64,000 bases of DNA. It comes from the human T2T-CHM13v2.0 reference genome, Homo sapiens. Each line of letters begins with the position of its first letter. The stretch's first letter is position 1. A program made the position numbers and the translations under genes. The notes under the pieces are model-generated. The model was given only the letters and a program-made list of their open reading frames with translations. It did not search any database and was not told where the DNA came from. Shown here piece by piece: positions 53,703-64,000 of this stretch. The DNA lies in the NCBI RefSeq assembly GCF_009914755.1, contig NC_060933.1; one strand, given 5' to 3'.

Positions 53703-55214
53703 GTACTATCATTTAAATGGTGATTATGAAGACTGCCTGAATGTGGGATGTTTAACGAAAAAAAAAAAAAACAGGATAAAAACTTGTGTGACCATAATGA
53801 TTACAACTGCATATATGTATATGTCTATGTGTATAGAAAAATCTGGGGAAAAAACCTTACATATATGTAATTAGTTGGGCTAGAGTGCTAGGATTCTGGG
53901 TAATTTTCTTTTCTTTGCCCTGAGAGAGATTTTCTCAGCCTTGATATTCTTTCACATACAGAATACTGACTATGTATAAAACAGGTATAGACACAGACCC
54001 CTTCTAATGAGTACCAGCTAACAAGCACCTAATAGATGATAAGGGAGCATGGGCTGCACTCATGCAATCGCCATTTGCTTCATAACCTTTGCTTCCCAAA
54101 TACTTAGCCTCCTACCTTTGGAGGTTTCCTTCCATTGGCCTAACACCAGACATGGGCAGGACATTTTTGTTGACCGGTGTTCAGCTGGGCCTATGACCAC
54201 TCTGTTGGTCAGGCTTTTCCAGGGAAGCTGGGCATAAAACAGCAGCTGAGCACCTGCAGTGGGAAGAGTGGGGAAAGAGAAGTGACATTGTGACATTCTT
54301 TAAGAGGAAAAAGTATAGTCCTAACTATCTTATCATGAATCCATCCAGTTAATAACAGAATATAGGCTGCCATAAATTTGTGTATGAGACTACCTGCCTA
54401 AAGACTCTCATTTTGTTTTATTGAACAATGGGATGATCTCCATTAGTGGATTTCACCATATACAGATGTAGTAAAAATCATTAATATATTTAAATTTGTT
54501 GAGCTGGAGTTTTATAAGGGATTTTTTCCTTGAGGAAATTGATTTGGTTTTGTATATGTGTTCATGGCAATATGATATATCTTGTCTCATTAAATTCAAA
54601 GAATGAAGGATTATAACAAAACAAAGTAGGCACTGCTTTTATGAAGCATGCCCAACAATGTGCTGTGAAGATGATGATTTTTTTTTTTCTTCCTTTGGGA
54701 TTTCATAATTGAACCTGAGTTGATGTAAAGAGGAGATTTCTGAATGAGGAAAACTTGAAAACAATATCACTTTTTTTGAAAAAAAAGAAGCATCTGTTTT
54801 CTTTATCCTTGAAGTATCTGATACTAAATAAGAGATTTTCTCTTTATTGCTCCAGTCTATTGGTTATCACAATGAAATAATTTCCTAAACCATACCTTTG
54901 TTACTGGTTGTCAGCGAAATAGTTATGCTATGTCCAAATATGGGCATTAAAACTTAACATCAAATCCATAGAAAGGAGGGTGTCTAGAGAAAAGTGTCTT
55001 TAATTGTAATCTACATGCACCTGATAATCACCTCAAAAATTAATTAATAATTACCATTCACTTTATCCATAATTAATCACAAAGTCAAGCAAATTGGAAA
55101 GCCCTTTTTCATTTGAACAAATTGTTGGACTTGGGAAATTATCCCATAGCAAGAACTGGGGCAAAGATGACTAACCTCCTGGCAATCCTAAAAGTGTTTA
55201 AGGAATCAAAATAA

Positions 55215-55470
55215 TTAAAAAAACAAATTTTGAGGGCTTACTCTGTGTCTAATATTGTGCTGAGGACTTTACATATGTTAGCTTGTTTAATCTTCACAGT
55301 GGCCTAAGGAATAGATGCTGATATTGTACCCATTTTACAGATGAGGAAATACACAATAAGATTAAGTATCTTGCTTAAGATCACAAAGTTACTACATTGC
55401 TGAGCAAAGACTTGAACTCAAGTTTCTGAGACTCTAAAATTTCATTTTTTACCTAGTTCATTATACTGCC
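55215..55470 (-). mobile_element. MIR
   Basis: tttaatcttcacag...cccattttacagatgaggaaat...agattaagtatcttgcttaagatcacaaag. Confidence 0.8.
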
Positions 55471-56177
55471 AAACCAAAGGGAAGGTTCTAAAGGATGAGG
55501 TGGGGTGGGGTGGGACAGGGTATTTCTTAAGTGCATCAAGGGAGGGTTCTCCCAGGAAGTTCTATTAGATGTAAATGGAGAAAAATAATTTTACATTGTT
55601 TGCAGAACATGAAATTATGCTGAAACCAAAGGCCAGTGATTTAACCAGGTGCTAAAGAGAGCATGTAAATGGGAAAATCATGAATAGTCAAAAATAATCA
55701 AGAACTCCGAGATCCCATTCCCTACTCCATTAAAAAAAAAAAAAGACAGAAAAGAAACAAGTTTATTTGTCATATGAAAATAACCCAAAGTGAGGGTAGG
55801 GCATAGGGTCAGCTGATAGCCAGCATATCAGTACCTCCTTTTAGGAAATTTGTATATATATTCTGTCATACCACATATATATGCTTATGTACACACAAAC
55901 ATAGTCACATATTAAAATACCCAATTTATCTGGCTTAATAAGAAACTACATGATATACATAGTAGAATACAATATATACATATAGTATGTTAATTAATCA
56001 AGAATATATTTTATATATACCTACTTTTCATATTTATATATTAATATGTAATTAAATTTAAAAATTAAGCAAATAAAAATGTATTCTAAATTTATCTACT
56101 TTCTATATTTCCATATTCATGTTATTAAATACTAATTTAATATGCAATTAAATGTATATTAATTGCTCAGAGTATTC

Positions 56178-56500
56178 ATCAGAAACATGAAGGGTAGTGG
56201 GTGAGGGGAGGGGGGATGGTTAATGGGTACAAAATATAACTAGATAGAATGAATAAGATCTAGTATTTGATAGCACAACAAGATGACTACAGTCAAAAAT
56301 AATTTATTGTACATTTTTAAATAACTAAGAGTATAATTGGATGTTTGTAACACAAAAAAGGATAAATGCTTGAGGGGATGAATAGCCATTTATCTGGCTG
56401 TGATTATTAAGCATTGCATGCCTGTATCAAAATATCTCATATACCCCATAAATATATAAAACTACTATGTACCCACAAAAATTAAAAAATAAAAATAAAA
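56178..56500 (+). mobile_element. L1MA1/2-like 3' end
   Basis: ggttaatgggtacaaaa...gaatgaataagatctagtatttgatagcacaac...tactatgtacccacaaaaattaaaaaataaaa. Confidence 0.9.
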
Positions 56501-56659
56501 ATATTCTGTTCAAAATTCATGACTTTAGACCTCATCAAGGCCTAGGGAATTCTCTGTCTCTCCATTACATGGCACCAGACTACCATGCTCTTTGAAATCT
56601 AAAGTCTGAAATTTTAGGGGCAGTCTATACAGTATCAAGAAAAATCGTGTATGCCTTGG

Positions 56660-56850
56660 TACTACAAAGATCTGGAATTGACTCCCAACTGTGTGTTCCT
56701 GTGTAAGTTGCTTAAGTTTTGCAAGCCTAACTTTTTTTATTTATAAAATGGGTACACAGTGCTTGCCTTCCTAAAAGCATTACTGTGAGGATAAAAGAAA
56801 ATACATATCAAGGACCTATAACAAAAGTGAGTGCTCAGTAAGTAGAAATT
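56660..56850 (+). mobile_element. MIR
   Basis: taagttgcttaag...ttataaaatgggtac...tactgtgaggataaaa...gtgctcagtaa. Confidence 0.65.
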
Positions 56851-57688
56851 ATTTTTACTACATCACTGTTTGTGTCAACATCCTTGCTTTCTACTGTGGG
56901 TGTTGCTTTCTCTAGTAAAATCCCAACTCTTAATTAGCTGACTGTATCATGCTAAGGACTGGTAAATCAGATGACAGCTGATAAAGTTTACTAGAATTAT
57001 GCCCACAGTAAGAATAAATGGGCTCTGAGCAAATAAAAAACAGTTTTCACAAGATCAATTTTGACTGTTGAAAATCAGACTCCCTGCTGCAGTGCTCTGT
57101 TCTAGAATCTTGAAAAGAGATGTAATAGGTTTCATCTTCTGTGCCAACAGTGATCTCTTGGAAGTGGCTGCTGGTAATGCTGGGTTGAAAAGGATTCTGC
57201 ACCTGAGTCCTACTTTAGGGTGAAAAGGTGCATTGATTAACTGGTAATGTCTGCCTTGGCAAGGGAAGGGGGTGGGGTAATTTGTGTGACATATGCGCCC
57301 CATGTTTTCTAAGTCTAATCTAGGTTCTCAGGCTCTCCAAATCAGTTACCTTTATATAAATGGTGTATACATGTGTGAATATATATGTATATAAATTCAT
57401 ATACATAAATCCATATAGGTGTTTATAAATCCATTTATGAGTATATAAAGTAACTACTTTATTGAAAAATCTGAATGCAATGGGGATTTCAACATGAAAC
57501 TATTTTATGTTTCACTAATCACTCTTCTCAACAGTTACATCAGAAGTCCCTTTGGGCATATTCCATTAGTTTCTGTTAAATTTAGTTATTTAAAATAGAA
57601 TTAGTTCAGCACAGTTTTAAAGTCTAATCCCAAAACTATTATAAATCTCCTGTCCTCTTCTGCAGCACAAGCTTGATGTGTATTTTAA

Positions 57689-58054
<366 letters not shown>

Positions 58055-59127
58055 CCTCTTCCCTCTCTTAAGCCTGACTCTGGGCTATGTCCTCTCCCCA
58101 CCCCTATCCACTTGTGGGTCTCTGTATCCTTTGGGAAGAGGAGCTGGGAGGGGAACAAGGGAGAGGATGAGGTGTCTCGCTGGCTGTCTACAGAGGTGTC
58201 TTTGGACTCACTCTGTCTTCGCCTGGCTCTGTCTGCCACTGGTGACTTCTGTACATGGATATTCTCTATTGGTTTTAGAGGATGGTGGTGAACTTCACTC
58301 TACTTCTTCATTGCTGAAGGATAACTGTATCTACATTTGTCTCCCACCACAGTTCCATACTTCCAACCCCCTTTCCAGATGAGGCAACTCTCACTACATA
58401 GCCACCTTGGCAGCTCCATGACTTCTGCTTCCTGTACTGGTGCCCTGGAGAAATCCTCTTATATTCCCTAAAAGGTAGAGTGTGCTCCCATCTTCTTCCC
58501 AGGAATATGACATCTTTGTAGTCCAGCCTGCTATCTTCAGAGACTCTAGGAAAGAAGCAGCCTCTAGACTCTATATTCACTCATGCCCCAAATTCCAAAT
58601 TCCAGAGGTTGCATTGAGTTCTCCCACTTACTCCACTTCCATCCTCTACTCTACCCCACTGGCAGCACTCAGGGCCTTCAGTTTCCCAGTTCAGAAGAAC
58701 ATGCAGAGAGTGATGTTGGCAAGACGGGAAGAATAGGAGTTCTCCGGCTTCACTCTCCCCCACAGAAATCCAACTGGCAACTGTCCACAGGCAAGAATAC
58801 CATCCTGAATATCCAAGAACTCAGGAGTGAGGCTGAGACACCCCCTTAGACTGCAGAACTGAAAAAAGCTATGATTCAATGGTAAGAGAAATGGTTCTCA
58901 TTGAGCATACTCCTCCTTCCTTAAGCTAGCATAGTGCCATGCACAAAGAATTCTGGACTCATGGTTTCTATAGTGGGAAAAGTGAGTTGGAGGTGGACAT
59001 TCAGCCTCCCCACCATTCTGGGACCCTGTGAAAGAGGCTCACTCCAGTCTCATCCTATGGGAAACACTGAGAGTAACAGCAGGGCTATACCACCTGGGGT
59101 CAGTTAGAAATAAAGAATGGGGGTGTT

Positions 59128-59264
59128 TAGCTACTCTGGAGGCTGAGGCATGAGAATCACTTGAACCCAGAAGGCAGAGGTTTTAGTGAGCTGAGATTGG
59201 GTTGCTGCATTCTAGCCTGGGTGACAGACTGAACTCTGTCTCAAAAAAAAAAAAAAAAAAAAAA
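59128..59264 (+). mobile_element. 5'-truncated Alu (right arm) with A tail
   Basis: agctactctggaggctgaggcatgagaatcacttgaacccag...ctgtctc followed by A22. Confidence 0.9.
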
Positions 59265-60472
59265 GCGGGCGGGTGATAGAGTTCACAGCAACCATCACAC
59301 AAATCTTGGTAGTTGCTCTGAACTTTGGCCAATGGAGCAATGGAGGTGCCACATCAGAGAAACTACCCAATAGCATCACACTACAGAAAACATGGTCCAC
59401 AGGTCCTTTAGCATTGAATCCCTAGCCAGCTTCTCCACACAGCCCAAGTGCTCTCCCTAAGTCTTCCCTAGGTCGAGAGGCAACTGTAGGTCAGTAATGA
59501 CCAGAGAAAGGAACATCTGTCCCTGTCCAATGCTAGTAGTGGAGAGGTAACCCAACTAAGCCCTGGTTCTCACATTAAGCCTTTCCCAAGTCAGGAGGCA
59601 ACCGGCAATTACCTGGGGAGGGAGCATCTGGCCCTGCCCAACTCCAGCTGCAGCATGATTACTCAACCAAACCTCAGTGTTCTGGTTAAGCTTCCTCTAG
59701 GCCAGCAGGCAAGCCCATACCCACACATATCTGTGGAGCAGAGCCTGTGGCCCTGCCCACCTTGTGTGGCCAAACAACAAGCCCAGAGACCTCACTCAAC
59801 CTTGGAGTCCATTGCATGGCCATGCTGAACCACAAATTCCAAACAATAATACTGTCTAGCCAGGGAAGACAAACTGCAACCCTGCCCAATCAGATATAAT
59901 TTCAGTGCCCAGCCAGCGGCGCTCCACCTGATTTCAGAGTCCAGCCAGTGGTCTCGCTGAATCACAGAGCACAATCAGCAATACCATTCTCCCTCAGAAC
60001 ACAAGAAGCAACCCAGCCCAACTTGAGAAACTGACAGCAAAGTCTGCATGCTCAGCGTTGCCACCAGCCAACTCATCCACAATCCCAGGCTAGACTAAAT
60101 AATAAAGGTGTTTCACCACCAAAGAACACCTGCAAAAGCCAGGAGAGGTGGCCTTCTCCTCAAATAAGCAAGCATCAGTGTAAGAATACAAACAATATGA
60201 AAAATTAGGGAATTATTGCACCACCAAAAGAAACTAATAAAGCTCTGCTAATGGATGCAGAAGAAATGAAGATCTATAAAATGGCTGACATATAATTCAG
60301 AATAATCCTCTTGAAGAAGTTCAGGGAACCATAAAAAAATATGGATACAAAATTAAGTAAAATTTGGAAAACAATTCATGAACAAAATGAGAAGTTAGAC
60401 ACTACATCAATAAAAAAATAAATTATAGAGATAAATACAAAAACTGAACTGAAAAATTCAATAGACATTTTC

Positions 60473-61281
60473 TTTTTTTTAATTATACTTTAAGTTCTAG
60501 GGTACATGTGCACAACATGCAGGTTTGTTACATATGTATACATGTGCCATGTTGGTGTGCTGCACGCGTTAACTCGTCATTTACATTAGGTATATCTCCT
60601 AACGCTATCCCTCCCCCCTCCCCCCACCCCATGACAGGCCCTGGTGTGTGATGTTCCCCTTCCTGTGCCCAAGTGTTCTCATTGTTCAATTCCCACCTAT
60701 GAGTGAGAACATGTGGTGTTTGGTTTTTTGTCCTTGTGATAGTTTGCTGAGAATGATGGTTTCCAGCTTCATCCATGTCCCTACAAAGGACAAGAACTCA
60801 TCATTTTTTATGGCTGCATGGTATTCCATGGTGTATATGTGCCACATTTTCTTAATCCAGTCTATCATTGTTGGACATTTGGGTTGGTTCCAGGTCTTTG
60901 CTATTTTGAATAGTGCCACAATAAACATACATGTGCATGTGTCTTTATAGCAGCATGATTTATAATCCTTTGGGTATATATCCAGTAATGGGATGGCTGG
61001 GTGAAATGGTATTTCTAGTTCTAGATCCTTGAGAAATTGCCACACTGTCTTCCACAATGGTTGGACTAGTTTACAGTCCCACCAACAGTGTAAAAGTGTT
61101 CCCATTTCTCCACATCCTCTCCAGCATCTGTTGTTTCCTGATTTTTTAATGATCACCATTCTAACTGGTGTGAGATGGTATCTCACTGTGGTTTTGATTT
61201 GCATTTCTCTGATGGCCAGTGATGATGAGCATTTTTTCATGTGTCTTTTGGCTGCATAAATGTCTTCTTTTGAGAAGTGTC
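60473..61281 (-). mobile_element. 5'-truncated L1PA5-like element inserted in the old L1
   Basis: ORF 60686-61285 is the ORF2p C-terminus; 3'UTR taatgtaaatgacgag and ccctagaac; TSD tcaa(t/a)agacattttc (60458-60472, 61282-61296). Confidence 0.95.
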
Positions 61282-62005
61282 TCAAAAGACATTTTCAACA
61301 GCAGACTTGATCTAGGAGAAGAAAAGATGAGGGTATTCGAACACAGGACACTTGAAATTATCCCTTAGAAAGAGAAAGATAAAGAAGAATGAAAAAGAAC
61401 AAATAAGGCCTACAGGAATTGTGGGACACCATCAAGCAAACTAACATTTGTGTTACAGGAATTCCTGAAGGAGAGAGAAAAGGGCCTAGAAAGCATATTT
61501 AAGGAAATAATGGCTGAAAATTTCCCAATTTGGGGAAAGATAATAACATTTAGGTACAGGAAGCTCAGAGGTCACCAATCAAATTTAACCTAAAAATAAT
61601 TTTACCAAGACACATCATAAACAAATTACTGAAAAATCAAAGAAAAAGAATATCAAAAACAGCAAGAGACTTTAAGAACACGTCAAAAGAATCATTTACT
61701 ATGATCAAGAGGGATTTATCCCTGGAATTCAAAGATGGCTCAACATATGCAAACCAGCAAATGTGATATACCATATTAACAAAATGAAGGATAAAAATCA
61801 TATGATCACCTCAATAGATGCATAAAAACTGACAAAAGTCAACACCTTCTCATGATAAAAACTTTTAACAGATTAGGTATAGAGGGAATTTACTCAACAT
61901 AAACAATAAAAGCCATATGTGACAAACCTATGGCTAACATCATTCTCAGTGGTGAAAAGTTGAAAGGTTTTCCTCTAAGATTAGGGACAAGGCAGAGATA
62001 CCCAC

Positions 62006-62348
62006 TGTATTAGTCCATTTTCATGCTGCTGATAAAGACATACCTGAGACTGGGCAATTTACAAAAGAAAGAGGTTTACTGGATTTACAGTTCCAGGTGG
62101 CTGGGGAGGCCTCACAATCATGGCAGAAGGTGAAAGACACATCTCACATGGCAGCAGACAAGAGACAAGAGCTTGTGCAGGGAAACTCCCCTTTTTAAAC
62201 CATCAGATCTCGTGAGTCTTATTCACCATCATGAGAACAGCGCAGGAAAGACCTGCCCCTATGATTCAGTTACCTCCCACTGGGTCCCTCCCGCAACATG
62301 TGGGAATTCAAAATGAAATGTGGGTGGGGACACAGTCAAAACATATCA
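62006..62348 (-). mobile_element. THE1 solo LTR inserted in L1 ORF2
   Basis: tgtattagtccattttcatgctgctgataaagac...gacacagtcaaaacatatca; perfect TSD cccac. Confidence 0.95.
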
Positions 62349-63784
62349 CCCACTCTCACCACTTCTTTTCAACATAGTACAGAAAGTCCTAGCCAGAGGA
62401 ATTAAACAAGAGAAACAATAAAGGCAACATCATAGAAAAGAAAGAAGTAAAATTGTCTCTATTGGATGATGACATGATCTTATATATAAAAGATCCAAAG
62501 ATCCCCCCATAAAACTATTGGAAACAAATTCAGTAAACAAATTCAGTAAAGTTGTAGGATACAAAATGAAGAGCATTTTTACATACCAATAATGAACTAC
62601 TCAAAAAGGAAAGAAACAATAAATCATACATTTATTCTTTATACTTTATTTCCATTTACAATAGCAACAAAAAATTAAATACTTAGGTGTAAATTTAACC
62701 AAAGTGGTAAAAGACTTGTATGTTGAAAACTATAATCACTGATGACAGAACTTGAAAAAAAAAACCACAAATAAATGGATAGATATCCCATACTCACGGA
62801 TTAGAAAAATTATTATTGTGAATATGTTCATACTATCCAAAGTGGTCTATAAGTTTAATATAATTTCCATTAAAATTCCAATGCCATTTTTCACAGAAAT
62901 GGAAAAAACAATTCTAAATCCATTTGAAACCACAAAAGACTCTGAATAGCCAAAACAGTGTTAAGGAAAAAGAACAAAGCTGAAGGCATTACACTCTCAG
63001 ATTTCAAACATATTATAATGTGATTGTAATGAAGCCTGCATGGTAGTGGCATAAAAGCAGGCACATCTACCAATGAAACAGGACTTAAAAAAAAAATAAG
63101 ATAAAAACCCAGGCAATTATAGTCAACCAATTTTTGACAAAAAGTTTCCAAGGACACACAATGGAGAAAGGATGGTCTCTTCAATAAATAGTGTTGGAAA
63201 AACCAAATACATACATTCATCAGAGTAAAATTAGAGCCTTATAGCCTACACTATACACAAAAATCAACTTAAGATAGATTAAAAACTTAAATATAGGACC
63301 TGAAGCTATGAAACTACTGGAAGAAAACATGAGGGAAATGCTTCATGACATTGGTCTGGGCAATGATATTTTGATAAGACTTCAAAAGCACAGGCAACAA
63401 CGCAGAAATTGACAAATGAGATGGCATCAAACTAAAAAGCTTTTGCACAGTAAAGGAAACAATTAACAAAATGAACAGACAACTCACAGAACGGAAGAAA
63501 ATAGTTGAATACCATAAGAAAACAGTTGAATATCATGTGTCTGACAAAAGGTTAATATCCAAAATATATAAGGAAATCAAACAACTGTGTAGTAAGAAAA
63601 TAACCTGATTGAAAAATGGGCAAAGGAGCAGAATAGAAAATTTTCAAAAGAAAACATTCAAATGGCCAATAGGTAGATGAAAAAATGCTCAGTATCGCTA
63701 ATCATAAGGGAATTGCAAATTAAAACCACAAGGAAATATCACCTCAAATCTGTTCAAATGGTGTTTATCAAAAAGATAAAAGAT

Positions 63785-64000
63785 GGCTGGGCACAGTGGT
63801 TCATGCCTGTTATCCTAGCACTTTGGGAGGCAGAGGTGGGAGAATCACTTGAGCTCAGGAGTTGAGACCAGCCTCAGTAACAAAGTGAGACTCTGTCTCT
63901 ATAAAAAATTTAAAAATTAGCAGGGTGTGGTGGTGCATGCCTATAGTCTCAGCTACTCAGAAGGCTGAGGCCAGAAGATCTCTAGATTCTGGGAGGTCAA
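63785..64000 (+). mobile_element. AluJ, cut by the window end
   Basis: ggctgggcacagtggttcatgcctg...gaatcacttgagctcaggagttgagaccagcc. Confidence 0.9.

Larger units (their letters stand above)
58706..63784 (+). mobile_element. Old L1 (L1M/L1MA-class) with 5'UTR, ORF1 remnant, large internal deletion near 61680 and ORF2 remnant
   Basis: 5' end gagagtgatgttggcaagacgggaagaataggag; ORF1-like aattcagaataatcctcttgaagaagttcagg; ORF2-like gggatttatccctggaattcaaagatggctcaac. Confidence 0.85.

Noticed and set aside
55502-55520. G-quadruplex motif ggggtggggtgggacaggg (another at 14066-14099)
   Set aside because: Isolated motifs are common, and the second is the standard L1 3'UTR G-tract
55950-56165. Very AT-rich tract as an origin or matrix attachment region
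   Set aside because: Low-complexity sequence with no specific support
60686-61285. 199-aa ORF
   Set aside because: L1 ORF2p C-terminus of a 5'-truncated L1PA

Overview
Primate (human-like) genomic DNA, AT-rich, CpG-depleted and dominated by interspersed repeats (Alu, FLAM, L1PA/L1MA/L1MB/L1ME, L2, MIR, MaLR and ERVL LTRs, Tigger- and hAT-derived DNA elements). I find no CpG island, no intact protein-coding gene and no structural RNA gene, so the window looks intronic or intergenic. The one gene-derived sequence is an old, disabled processed pseudogene of KIAA1191 (p33MONOX) on the minus strand (CDS-homologous part 7228-8111). It appears to be a near full-length mRNA copy (about 5239-8418, with AATAAA and poly(A)) that split a MIR and later received an MLT1A LTR, itself interrupted by a THE1 LTR. 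Other notable structure: a twin-primed (5'-inverted) L1PA3-like insertion, a 39-bp internally primed Alu with a TSD, a 73-bp L1 insertion, older L1 3' ends nested in a younger L1MB, three NF-Y CCAAT boxes at exact 32-bp spacing, a compact PBX-HOX/MEIS/E-box/GATA cluster, two dispersed local duplications and a perfect hairpin. I cannot support a wholly new biological system from sequence alone. The best leads are candidate cis-regulatory modules and unusual insertion mechanisms. Subfamily names and old-repeat boundaries are by-eye estimates.
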